NCBI GenBank assembly: GCA_028748975.1
Contig: JAQTPI010000003.1
Span: forward strand, 33,064-97,063
Direction of reading: 5' to 3'
Source of the DNA: Patescibacteria group bacterium
Lineage (GTDB): Bacteria > Patescibacteriota > Patescibacteriia > UBA2196
DNA: 64,000 nucleotides
In this document: positions 9,416 to 18,209 of the stretch, piece by piece
Layout of the letters: every line of letters starts with the position of its first letter
How positions within the stretch are numbered: the stretch's first letter is position 1
Position numbers and translations under genes: made by a program
The notes under the pieces: model-generated
What the model was told of the DNA's origin: nothing
What the model saw: the letters and a program-made list of their open reading frames with translations, nothing else
Database searches by the model: none

Positions 9416-9558
9416 AGAGATAAACAAATTTTCACAGATAGAGCGCGGATTTTCACAGATACACAGATTGTTTCACCTTTATACTTCTCTATTAGAGATA
9501 AATAAATCTGTGTATCTGTGTTGATCTGTCTGGTATCTGTGTCTATCTGTTTTGATTA

Positions 9559-9897
9559 TTATTTTTTCGCTGCTGGAGCAACCGGTGCTGCAGGTGTAGT
9601 AGCGGCCGAAGCAACAGCGCCTTGTTCAATTTCTTTCTGCATCTTGCCACCATGACGCACGAATTTTCTGGTCGGCGCGAATTCGCCAAGCTTATGGCCC
9701 ACCATATTTTCTACTACCGAGACGGTTAAGTGTGTCTTGCCATTATGCACGCCGAAAACAAAACCTACCATAGCCGGCGTAATGGTGCAAGCGCGCGACC
9801 AGGTCTTGATGACGGTTTTGTCGCCAATTCTAAGCTTGCCGACTTTTTTCAGTAAGCGTTCATCAACATATGGGCCTTTTTTAAGTGATCTACTCAT
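9559..9897 (-). CDS. rpsS: Ribosomal protein S19 with an Ala/Pro-rich tail
   Basis: [19 protein letters not shown]…[13 protein letters not shown]…, then …[15 protein letters not shown]. Confidence 0.9.
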   Translation of the reverse strand: MSRSLKKGPYVDERLLKKVGKLRIGDKTVIKTWSRACTITPAMVGFVFGVHNGKTHLTVSVVENMVGHKLGEFAPTRKFVRHGGKMQKEIEQGAVASAATTPAAPVAPAAKK

Positions 9898-9995
9898 AAT
9901 TTTATGCGAATTCTTGCGAATTTTGTGCGAATTTTGCGAACAGATAGTTTGGAGCTATTCGCATAATTCGCAGATAATTCGCTAATAATTCGTAT

Positions 9996-10826
9996 TTATT
10001 TCTTCCTTCTCTGCAAAATTAATTTATCCGTCCATTTCTTTTTTCTGGTCTGCACGCCCATGGCGTGTTTGCCCCAAAGGGTTTTGGCGTAAGGCATGCC
10101 GATCGGGTGTTTGCCTTCACCGCCGCCGTGTGGATGGTCCACCGGGTTCATGGCTTTACCGCGAACTGTCGGCTTGATGCCCATGTGGCGCTTGCGGCCG
10201 GCTTTACCCACGCGCACCAGCTTCGCTTCCAGATTGGAAACCTGGCCGATGCTCGCGAGACACTCTTTTCTGACTAAACGAATTTCACTGGAAGGCATTT
10301 TCAATTGCGCGTAATCACCTTCCATATTTTGTAAAATTAATCCGGTGCCGGCGCTGCGCGCGACTTTGCCGCCGCGAAGCGGTTCTAGTTCTATATTATA
10401 CACCATTTCACCTTGCATGACATATTGGAGCGGCAGGCGATTGCCTTTCTTCATATCAATTTTATTTTGGGAAGAAACAATTTTATCGCCGATTTTGGCG
10501 CCGTCCCAAGCCAAGATATAACTTTTCTCGCCGTCTTCATATTTAACGAGGGCGATTCTGGCATTTCGATTGGGATCATATTCAATAGCGATGACTTCAG
10601 CTGGAATATCAAATCTGGTTTGTTTGAAATCAACAAGACGATACATTTTTCTGGTACCGCCGCCGCGATGGCGCACGGTAATTTGCCCGGTGTTGTTGCG
10701 GCCAGAATGTTTCTTGGAAACCACGATTAAATTCTTCTCGGCCTTCTTTTTGGTCAAATCCAAAGAAGAGACCACGGTGGTGTGGCGTCGTCCGGAAGTT
10801 GTTGGTTTGTAGTATTTTATAGCCAT
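9996..10826 (-). CDS. rplB: Ribosomal protein L2
   Basis: MAIKYYKPTTSGRRHTTVV… and …HPHGGGEGK… are typical of L2. Confidence 0.9.
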   Translation of the reverse strand: MAIKYYKPTTSGRRHTTVVSSLDLTKKKAEKNLIVVSKKHSGRNNTGQITVRHRGGGTRKMYRLVDFKQTRFDIPAEVIAIEYDPNRNARIALVKYEDGEKSYILAWDGAKIGDKIVSSQNKIDMKKGNRLPLQYVMQGEMVYNIELEPLRGGKVARSAGTGLILQNMEGDYAQLKMPSSEIRLVRKECLASIGQVSNLEAKLVRVGKAGRKRHMGIKPTVRGKAMNPVDHPHGGGEGKHPIGMPYAKTLWGKHAMGVQTRKKKWTDKLILQRRKK

Positions 10827-10970
10827 AGAAAATAAACAAATTTTCACAGATAGAGCACGGATTTTCACAGATACACAGATCGGCTCACCATGATTTTCTC
10901 ACTACCAGAGAGATGAGCAAATCTGTGCATCTGTGTTAATCTGTTTTACATCTGTGTAAATCTGTCTTGC

Positions 10971-11402
10971 TTACACTCCCTCATAGATCGATATTTTATC
11001 ACCCATTTTTAATGTCACCACTGCTTTCTTCCAATTTTTCAGGTGTCCCACGGAACGGCCGGAACGGCTGGTTTTGCCTTTGACATTAACTATATTAATT
11101 TTAAGCGGTTTGACATTATAAGCGTGTTCAATGGCTTTTCTGACTTCGGATTTATTGGTGCGCGGCGAGACCTCAAAAAGATATTTGTTTTCCGCGCCGA
11201 TTAGAGCGCCTTTTTCCGTAACGAGCGGACGAATCAAAATTTGGTGCGCCATCAGATGGCCATATTTTTTTTCATGCTTATCTTTTTGTTCGCGATTGGC
11301 AATCACGCCAACTTTTTCTTCCTTTTTTTTATCAACTTCAACCACGCCTGCCGCGGCAGATTGCTTTTCTTCCTTTTTAGGTTTTTTGCTGAAAATGCTC
11401 AT
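10971..11402 (-). CDS. rplW: Ribosomal protein L23 with a K/E-rich N-terminal extension
   Basis: …HQILIRPLVTEKGALIGAENKYLFEVSPRTNKSEVRKAIEHAYNVKPLKINIV…. Confidence 0.85.
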   Translation of the reverse strand: MSIFSKKPKKEEKQSAAAGVVEVDKKKEEKVGVIANREQKDKHEKKYGHLMAHQILIRPLVTEKGALIGAENKYLFEVSPRTNKSEVRKAIEHAYNVKPLKINIVNVKGKTSRSGRSVGHLKNWKKAVVTLKMGDKISIYEGV

Positions 11403-11558
11403 AGAAACAGGTTTTCACAGATTTATTACAGATTTTCACAGATACACAGATAAGGCGATCTCATCCCCCTCTCCTTAATAAGGAGAGGGTTGGGGTGAGG
11501 TCGTAATATCTGTGTTTCTGTGTACTATCTGTCTGGCATCTGTGTCTATTTGTTTATT

Positions 11559-12305
11559 TTAATTTTTTAAATAAGTTTTCTCAATTACCGGCAAAGCTTC
11601 TTCGGAAATAATAATATTTTTATATTTAAGCAAATCCACCACATTCAAACTGTCAGCGGTAGTTATTTTCACGCCCGCCAGATTGCGGCCGGCGCGGAAA
11701 GTGTTTTTGTCCGATTTCGGAAGCACTACAAGTATAGATAATTTATATCTCTTAATATCAAATTTATTTCCAGTTTCCAGTTTCTGATCACTGGTTTCTG
11801 ATTTCTGATTTCCGGTTTCTGTTTTTTTGCTCTTTTTTATTTCTTTTAAAATCAAGATATTTTTGAAATTCTTCACTACCCCAACAAACTCTTTCGTCTT
11901 CCCTTCGGCCAAACTTAATTTATCAACCAAAAACATTAAACCATTATTAACTTTATCCGAAAGGCACATAAAGAGCGCTTTGGTTTTCATTTTCTTATTA
12001 ACTTTTTGGCTGAAATTCCGGTTACTGCGCGGGCCAAAAGTTACGCCGCCGCCTTTCCAAAGCGGAGAGCGGATGGAGCCATGGCGGGCGCGGCCGGTGC
12101 CTTTTTGTTTCCATGGTTTTCTGCCGCCGCCTCTGACTTCGCCTTTGGTTTTGGTGTGAGCAATCGCCACGCGAGCATTTGCCATTTGCGCCACCATCAC
12201 CTGGTGCACCACGCTTTCTTTTACTGCCACGCCAAACATTGCCGGATTCAATTCCGTTTCTTTAACTTTTTCAGCTTGTAAATTATAGACTGGTAACTTT
12301 TCCAT
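11559..12305 (-). CDS. rplD: Ribosomal protein L4 carrying a repeat-encoded insertion
   Basis: …GGGRKPWKQKGTGRARHGSIRSPLWKGGGVTFGP… is the L4 signature. The insert KKSKKTETGNQKSETSDQKLETGN is encoded by a gtttccagtttctgat… word repeat at ~11745-11830. Confidence 0.85.
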   Translation of the reverse strand: MEKLPVYNLQAEKVKETELNPAMFGVAVKESVVHQVMVAQMANARVAIAHTKTKGEVRGGGRKPWKQKGTGRARHGSIRSPLWKGGGVTFGPRSNRNFSQKVNKKMKTKALFMCLSDKVNNGLMFLVDKLSLAEGKTKEFVGVVKNFKNILILKEIKKSKKTETGNQKSETSDQKLETGNKFDIKRYKLSILVVLPKSDKNTFRAGRNLAGVKITTADSLNVVDLLKYKNIIISEEALPVIEKTYLKN

Positions 12306-12382
12306 AGATATTTTAGAAATTTGTTTTTATCGCGAGTTTACGCGACTGACTACGCTACTTTACGCGACACAGAAATTGATGC

Positions 12383-12411
12383 TTGACATAAATATTTTAA
12401 TTTGCTATACT
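12383..12411 (+). promoter_or_regulatory. Consensus sigma70 promoter (TTGACA-17-TATACT) antisense to the S10 operon
   Basis: TTGACA at 12383-12388, a 17-bp spacer, TATACT at 12406-12411. It is followed by AAAAGGAGAAAcc-ATG at 12466. Confidence 0.65.
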
Positions 12412-12465
12412 TGAATTACAAATAGTTTAGTTTAATTTGGGCTAACTCACACAAAAGGAGAAACC

Positions 12466-12693
12466 ATGAAAAAAAAGTATGCGAGGGTGTGTATTGTTTC
12501 TGTCGTACTCCCACTAATTGGTTTTTTGGGATTACTTCTGCTTCCTAAACAATCCACTATCACCACCACACCAAATGTTCTTGCTGCCATCTCTTTAGTT
12601 CTGATTGGACTTGGCGGCGGAATGTTTATTGGCGCTTACACTATGAACCCAATTCGCAGCATAGTCAAATTAATGATGAAGAAAAAAAGTTAA
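12466..12693 (+). CDS. Hypothetical 75-aa two-TM membrane protein (antisense cassette between rplD and rplC)
   Basis: Strong SD and promoter. Two hydrophobic helices (IVSVVLPLIGFLGLLLL and LAAISLVLIGLGGGMFIGAY). The terminator follows. Confidence 0.5.
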   Translation: MKKKYARVCIVSVVLPLIGFLGLLLLPKQSTITTTPNVLAAISLVLIGLGGGMFIGAYTMNPIRSIVKLMMKKKS

Positions 12694-12708
12694 ATGTTTC
12701 TATCTATA

Positions 12709-12734
12709 GGCAGATCACTAATCTGCCTTTTTTA
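12709..12734 (+). terminator. Rho-independent terminator
   Basis: ggcagatcactaatctgcc followed by TTTTTTATTTGCC. Confidence 0.55.
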
Positions 12735-12790
12735 TTTGCCAAATTTTGAAATGAGTTTTATTTTTATTACTCCTATTACTTTTAATACTT

Positions 12791-13588
12791 TTATTCCTGT
12801 TTTGTTTCTACTGGCGCTTCCACTTTTTCTTCCACGATCGGTGTTTCTTTTTTTTCTTCTACAGCCGGCACTGTTTCCTGTTTTCCGCTTTCCGATTTCT
12901 GATTTTCGGCTTCCTTGTCTCTTGTCTCTTGTCTCTTGTCGCTAATTTTCAACTCTCCTTCCCCCACAATTTCCACCAGCCCGCTTCTGGCTCCCGGCAC
13001 CGCGCCTTTGATATAGAGCAAATTATTTTCCAAATCAACTTTGACAATTTCCACATTTTTCACCGAGACCTGCTCATCGCCCATGTGGCCGGCCATTCTG
13101 CGTCCTTTGACCACGTGCTGGACGCCGCCGGCGCCGATGGAACCGGGCATTCTTTCCTGATCTTTATGGCCGTGGCTGGCCGGGTGGCCATGAAAATGAT
13201 GGCGGCGCACCACGCCCTGAAAGCCCTTGCCTTTGGAAGTGCCGGTAACTTTCACTTCATCGCCGACATTAAATGTTTCCGCGGTAATAATATTACCAAC
13301 TTCAATTCCCTGATTTCCGATTTCTGATTTCTGATTACTTTTATTTTTATCCCGAAATTCTCTTGAAAATCTAAAACTACCCAAGCTACCAAAATGTCCC
13401 TTTAATGCTTTAGAATTACTTTTTTTTTCGCCAAAACCAATCTGAACGGATTCATAGCCGTCTTGATCTTTTGACTTGACTTGCGTCACAACGCAGGGGC
13501 CGGCTTTGACAATTGTCGCCGGAACCACATTGCCCGCTTCGTCAAAAAGCTGAGTCATTTCAATTTTCTGGCCGAGGATGTATTTCAT
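12791..13588 (-). CDS. rplC: Ribosomal protein L3 with an internal repeat-encoded insert and an acidic C-terminal tail
   Basis: MKYILGQKIEMTQLFDEAGNVVPATIV… and …GKGFQGVVRRHHFHGHPASHG… are L3 motifs. NQKSEIGNQGIEVG and KRQETRDKEAENQKSESGKQE come from the ttctgatttc word repeat. Confidence 0.85.
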   Translation of the reverse strand: MKYILGQKIEMTQLFDEAGNVVPATIVKAGPCVVTQVKSKDQDGYESVQIGFGEKKSNSKALKGHFGSLGSFRFSREFRDKNKSNQKSEIGNQGIEVGNIITAETFNVGDEVKVTGTSKGKGFQGVVRRHHFHGHPASHGHKDQERMPGSIGAGGVQHVVKGRRMAGHMGDEQVSVKNVEIVKVDLENNLLYIKGAVPGARSGLVEIVGEGELKISDKRQETRDKEAENQKSESGKQETVPAVEEKKETPIVEEKVEAPVETKQE

Positions 13589-13740
13589 AGAGAAAACAGA
13601 TTTTCACAGATAGAGCACAAATTTTCACAGATACACAGATTTATTTTTCTTGTCATCCCCGTGCAAGCGGGGATCTAGAAATCTGTGTTTATTTGTGTAT
13701 CTGTGTGCTATCTGTTTTACATCTGTGGAGATCTGTTTTA
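13589..13740. repeat. Intergenic word-palindrome, CACAGAT family, with a GC hairpin core
   Basis: gattttcacagatagagcacaaattttcacagatacacagat…gtcatccccgtgcaagcggggatctag…atctgtgtgctatctgttttacatctgtggagatctg. Confidence 0.8.
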
Positions 13741-13954
13741 ATAAACAAAAACTGGTTCTTTCGAAACCAGCTCAAAACATTATCCAAACCTGCCAAAATT
13801 ACGACACCTAAATGTCGTGAATCTTACGGTTTAATTTTTAGATAATTTTCTAAACTGGTTTTCTTTGATCGCCAAAATGGTAATTACGAACTGTTCCTGC
13901 CTAATTAGCGGGCATCATTCGCGTTTACTTGGCAATAAGTTATCAAAAATAAAA

Positions 13955-14113
13955 TTATTTTTCGGTTTCTTCTTGTTTTTTATCTTGTTCGCCGCTTTCT
14001 TTACTACCAAAGGCTTTTTTTAGAGATTTAGAAAGTTTCTCTACTCCTTTGTTTAACATCTCTTCTGTTTTCTTACTACCTCGTTCAATTGCTTGTTGTG
14101 GGTTAAAATTCAT
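13955..14113 (-). CDS. Possible 52-aa hydrophilic micro-protein (MNFNPQQAIERGSKKTEEMLNKGVEKLSKSLKKAFGSKESGEQDKKQEETEK)
   Basis: Below the ORF-track size cut-off and found by hand translation. It sits in the 640-bp gap between rpsJ and rplC. No SD is obvious. Confidence 0.25.
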   Translation of the reverse strand: MNFNPQQAIERGSKKTEEMLNKGVEKLSKSLKKAFGSKESGEQDKKQEETEK

Positions 14114-14232
14114 AAAATATTTATTTTCTGGATTCCCTTTCTCAAGGGAATGACAGAAATTAAAATTTATTTACTGACGAGATCCCTCGGCTCCTAACTT
14201 CCCTATAAGGCCGCTCGGGATAAACTACCAAA

Positions 14233-14589
14233 CTACATTTTTATTTCTATATCAACACCTGACGGCAAATTCAAACTGGACAATTCTTCAATGGTTTTCG
14301 GGCGCGGATTGAAAATGTCAATCAAACGCTTATGCGTGCGGATTTCAAACTGCTCGCGAGCGTTTTTGTGGACAAAGGTGGAACGATTGACGGTATATTT
14401 GTCTTTTTCCGTGGGCAATGGCACCGGACCCTTGACGGTCGCTTGGGTGCGCAGGGCATTATCAATAATCGTGCGGCAGGCGTGGTCAATCAGCTTGTGA
14501 TCAAAAGAACGAACTTTGATTCTTAAGCGATGTTCCAGGGGCGCTTCCACTTTATCGGTATTTTCTTTTTTTGAAATTTTGTCAGACAT
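14233..14589 (-). CDS. rpsJ: Ribosomal protein S10
   Basis: …HRLRIKVRSFDHKLIDHACRTIIDNALRTQATVKGPVPLPTEK… is typical S10, with a short N-terminal extension. Confidence 0.9.
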   Translation of the reverse strand: MSDKISKKENTDKVEAPLEHRLRIKVRSFDHKLIDHACRTIIDNALRTQATVKGPVPLPTEKDKYTVNRSTFVHKNAREQFEIRTHKRLIDIFNPRPKTIEELSSLNLPSGVDIEIKM

Positions 14590-14599
14590 TTCTCTTTTT

Positions 14600-14760
14600 T
14601 TAAATTTTTAAGCTACGAATTTGTGTCGTTATCCCCTCCTTTCGAAGGAGGGGTGGCCGATAGCAATCGGTCGGGGTGGTTGTAATTTGTATTTTTTACA
14701 ACCCCTCTGCCCTCGACTGCTGTCGGGGCACCTCCCCTTCGAAAGGGGAGGATAACCACT
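14600..14760. repeat. Composite GC-rich palindromic element (CCCCTCCTTTCGAAGGAGGGG + GCCGATAGCAATCGG + …CCCCTTCGAAAGGGGAGG). Family copies are at 1795-1920, 17030-17170, 51705-51830 and 29560-29640.
   Basis: Perfect ttcgaa-centred palindromes, paired across a tggttgtaa…ttacaacc spacer. Confidence 0.8.
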
Positions 14761-14815
14761 TTTAGACACGCTTCAGTCCCCCGCCAAAGCGAGGAACTGC
14801 TTGTTTGTCTAAAAA

Positions 14816-16018
14816 TTACTTAATTATCTTCGTCACTGAACCAGCTCCCACGGTGTGGCCGCCTTCGCGGATGGCGAATTTGCCTTTTTCCTCCAAAGCG
14901 ACTGGGTGAATCAAAACAACTTTGATGGCTACGGTGTCGCCCGGCATCACCATTTCGGTGCCTTCTGGCAAAATGACTTCGCCAGTGACATCGGTGGTGC
15001 GGATATAAAATTGCGGCTTATAACCCTTCATAAAAGGAGTATGTCGGCCGCCTTCATCTTTGCTTAAAATGTAAACCTGGGCGTCAAATTCGGTATGCGG
15101 AGTGATGGAACCGGGTTTGGCAATGACTTGTCCGCGCATAACATCTTCTTTTTTGGTGCCGCGGATTAAAATTCCGGCGTTGTCGCCAGCTTGGCCTTTG
15201 TCCAAAGATTTCTTAAACATTTCAATGCCGGTGACCACGGTTTTTTGAGTGTCTTTCAAACCGACAATTTCCACTTCGTCATTTAAATTGACAATGCCGC
15301 GTTCAATTCTGCCAGTAACAACGGTGCCACGGCCTTCAATGGAGAAGACGTCTTCAATCGGCATCAGAAACGGCTTGTCAGTGTCGCGCACCGGAGTCGG
15401 CACATATTCATCAACTTTATTCATTAATTCCAAAACAGCTTTGTAGTTGGGATCTTCTTTATTACCGGCATTGGCCGCTTCCAAGGCTTTGAGAGCGGAA
15501 CCTTTGATAATTGGGGTGTCTTTGCCTGGAAATTCATATTTGGTAAGTAAATCGCGGACTTCTTCTTCCACCAAATTCACTAATTCCGGATCATCAACCT
15601 GATCGGTTTTATTCAAGAAAACAACAATGGCTGGCACACCCACTTGGCGGGCAAGCAAGATGTGTTCGCGGGTTTGAGGCATCGGGCCGTCAGCAGCGGA
15701 CACGACCAAAATCGCACCGTCCATCTGGGCGGCGCCGGTAATCATGTTCTTGATGTAGTCAGCGTGGCCGGGACAGTCAACGTGCGCGTAATGGCGCTTT
15801 TTGGTTTGATATTCCACGTGAGCGGTCGCAATGGTAATGCCGCGGGATTTGGATTCCGGAGCTTTATCCAGTTTTTCAATGTCGGCCTTGTCAGCTTTAT
15901 CGCCTTCGGCGTTAAGCACAGACAAAATAGCCGCGGTCAAGGTTGTCTTGCCGTGGTCGACGTGACCGATGGTACCGATGTTGACATGCGGTAAGGATCT
16001 GTCAAATTGTTCTGCCAT
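14816..16018 (-). CDS. tuf: Elongation factor Tu
   Basis: [22 protein letters not shown] and NKTD GTPase motifs in a 400-aa protein. Confidence 0.95.
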   Translation of the reverse strand: MAEQFDRSLPHVNIGTIGHVDHGKTTLTAAILSVLNAEGDKADKADIEKLDKAPESKSRGITIATAHVEYQTKKRHYAHVDCPGHADYIKNMITGAAQMDGAILVVSAADGPMPQTREHILLARQVGVPAIVVFLNKTDQVDDPELVNLVEEEVRDLLTKYEFPGKDTPIIKGSALKALEAANAGNKEDPNYKAVLELMNKVDEYVPTPVRDTDKPFLMPIEDVFSIEGRGTVVTGRIERGIVNLNDEVEIVGLKDTQKTVVTGIEMFKKSLDKGQAGDNAGILIRGTKKEDVMRGQVIAKPGSITPHTEFDAQVYILSKDEGGRHTPFMKGYKPQFYIRTTDVTGEVILPEGTEMVMPGDTVAIKVVLIHPVALEEKGKFAIREGGHTVGAGSVTKIIK

Positions 16019-16124
16019 ATTTATTTTTTCACATTAGCAACACCCCTCTTATTTTAGCGGAGGTTTTGTGACCAGTTGCTAAAAATTAACTTTTATTGTT
16101 TAATATAGATTTTATACCCATTAC

Positions 16125-16160
16125 AGAGATCAGAGATAATTATAGACGATTATCAAAAGT
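16125..16160 (-). promoter_or_regulatory. Consensus promoter for tuf (TTGACA-17-TATAAT on the minus strand)
   Basis: The minus strand reads tTTGACAcacttttgataatcgtcTATAATtatc upstream of the tuf start. Confidence 0.55.
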
Positions 16161-16249
16161 GTGTCAAATTTAACCGGTAATCAGTAACTAGTAATCAGTA
16201 ATCAGGGTTTTACGACCCAGGTTTCTGATTTCTAATTTCTGCTTTCCTT

Positions 16250-16996
16250 TTATTCAATCGGTTCCACCAAAAATTCATCCACGTCTTTTTTTTCATCTTT
16301 TACTTCCCCATTCTCCGCGTCAGCTTCAATTATTGGCAAATCTTTATTTACTTCGGCTGGTTTTTCCGCTTCATAATTAACGTCGCCGACAGTTGTTTCA
16401 TTTAGCCACTCATCGTCCAGGGGTTCATCGTCTACTGGAAAAACCGATTCATCCGCTGTGATTGTTTTTTCTTTAAAAACATCGGGTAGATCTTTTTCCT
16501 CGTCCATCTTTAAATCTTTGTCCATAAAATCTTCTGGCCATTTGGGCGGAGTCCAACTTGCCTCGCCAAAAGGCGGGTTTTCATCATCATCGTCATCATC
16601 AGCCAAGGGGTCAAAAGTTTTTTTGCCGAAAATATCTTCCTCGCGATCGCCAAACAAATCTCGGTCATGATTAAAATCATGATTAAAATCAGTATTATTA
16701 TCAAACGGCAGACGCGGCATAAAATCTTCACCTAAATCACGGGGCGAGAAAAAATCCATGTCGGTGCCGAGTCCGATTTCGCGCTGGGCCTGTTTCCACA
16801 AAGAAATTTCGCGGTTGACGCGGTTTAAAATTTCTTCCTCGGTCATGCCGGCGTAATCGGTTTGGTCCGAAACCATTTCTTCATATTTTTCAAGTGGCAC
16901 AATGGCAAATGGTTCGCCAAATTCCGGCACGACAATCATCTTGTCGCCGGTGCGCTTGGCCAGGTCTATGATTTTTTCAAGTTGAGGGGAAAACAT
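16250..16996 (-). CDS. Highly acidic (D/E-rich) hypothetical protein between fusA and tuf
   Basis: 248 aa with DDDDDDENPPFGE and many DxxxD runs. No family recognised. Its location inside the str operon is atypical. Confidence 0.5.
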   Translation of the reverse strand: MFSPQLEKIIDLAKRTGDKMIVVPEFGEPFAIVPLEKYEEMVSDQTDYAGMTEEEILNRVNREISLWKQAQREIGLGTDMDFFSPRDLGEDFMPRLPFDNNTDFNHDFNHDRDLFGDREEDIFGKKTFDPLADDDDDDENPPFGEASWTPPKWPEDFMDKDLKMDEEKDLPDVFKEKTITADESVFPVDDEPLDDEWLNETTVGDVNYEAEKPAEVNKDLPIIEADAENGEVKDEKKDVDEFLVEPIE

Positions 16997-17230
16997 AATT
17001 CAAGTAAATGTCATTCCGAGTCCCGCATTTGCGGGGCGAGAAATCTCGTCGCTATCCTCCCCTTTCGAAGGGGAGGTGTCCCGCAGCAGCGGAACGGAGG
17101 GGTTGTAAAATATTCTACCACAACCACCCTGCTCGCTCTCGCTCGCACCCCTCCTTCGAAAGGAGGGGATAACGATTTTATTTTCTGTATTTATTATAGA
17201 ATTCCTATAAAAGAAGTCAAATAGAAATTC

Positions 17231-17259
17231 TTGACAAAATTTTATAGATTTGCTACAAT
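17231..17259 (+). promoter_or_regulatory. Consensus promoter TTGACA-17-TACAAT
   Basis: ttgacaaaattttatagatttgctacaat, then ataGGAGGatgcagccATG. Confidence 0.6.
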
Positions 17260-17315
17260 AGAAGTAATGGTCTAAACAAGATTAGATTTCTCATAATAAA
17301 TAGGAGGATGCAGCC

Positions 17316-17582
17316 ATGGCAAAGGAAAACGAAGTTTATATTATACAGAGGGGAATTAATCTTGAGGTGGCAGTTCCGGAAAAATATGCCTGGAATTTTA
17401 TGGAAAATTTCCGTCATGTATTTCCGCAAAAGAATTATCCAGAGAGCAGTATTTATTTAAAAGCATGCGAATCTGGTTATGTCATCAAAATAAGAATTCT
17501 CGATAAAGAAGAAAAAATTCTTAAATCTTTTCTGCGAGAATTCTGTGCGGAACGAAATCTTTCTTTTTATAAAACCAAATAA
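17316..17582 (+). CDS. Hypothetical 88-aa protein (antisense cassette)
   Basis: Strong SD and promoter. The terminator at ~17599-17630 (cggttcttaaccg + T-run) is followed by ATTTGTAAAAAAA. Confidence 0.45.
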   Translation: MAKENEVYIIQRGINLEVAVPEKYAWNFMENFRHVFPQKNYPESSIYLKACESGYVIKIRILDKEEKILKSFLREFCAERNLSFYKTK

Positions 17583-17648
17583 TCCAATTGCTTAATGTGG
17601 CCTTCGGTTCTTAACCGGAGGCTTTTTTTATTTGTAAAAAAATGAATC

Positions 17649-17676
17649 TTGACAAAATTTGTGGGTTTGCTAAAAT
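17649..17676 (+). promoter_or_regulatory. Near-consensus promoter TTGACA-16-TAAAAT
   Basis: ttgacaaaatttgtgggtttgctaaaat, then aaaaGGAGGaaaacttATG. Confidence 0.55.
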
Positions 17677-17738
17677 TTAGGCGTGGTTCTTTTGCTCACA
17701 ATAAATGACTAAAAAATCAGAAAAAAGGAGGAAAACTT

Positions 17739-18071
17739 ATGTCACAGCGGGCAGATTATGCGCAACAGCGGGCAGATTATGCACAGATGAGGGCAAAACT
17801 CAATGCCTTGGACACAACCGATCCGGTTTCCTGTACTATGAACATGTTAGGTATTATCAAAAGAACTCTTGAAGAAAAAGGGCCCATAATGGGTCTTCAT
17901 GACATGTTTGATTTTACACTTCAGGAAGCGGAACTGATTATAAAAGAAGCGGATGAATCCAAAGTCGGTCACGACAAAATGAAAAAAATACGGCTTGAGC
18001 TGCAAGAATATCGAAAAATCCTCAACGAATTGGATAGGGAAAGGGCTGTTCTCGAAGCTATTTTTAATTGA
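17739..18071 (+). CDS. Hypothetical 110-aa protein with a duplicated QRADYAQ N-terminal heptad and a coiled-coil C-terminus (antisense cassette)
   Basis: Strong SD. The terminator ccgtatggcacgccatgcgg + T-run at 18100-18127 is followed by ATTTGTCAAAAAA. Confidence 0.45.
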   Translation: MSQRADYAQQRADYAQMRAKLNALDTTDPVSCTMNMLGIIKRTLEEKGPIMGLHDMFDFTLQEAELIIKEADESKVGHDKMKKIRLELQEYRKILNELDRERAVLEAIFN

Positions 18072-18209
18072 GGTATTTTCCTCAACATCAAGGTCAGAAC
18101 CGTATGGCACGCCATGCGGTTTTTTATTTGTCAAAAAACTTTTACTTTTATTACTTCTATTACTTTTAATGCTTTTATTACTTATTCCCTATTCCCTAAT
18201 CCCTAATCA

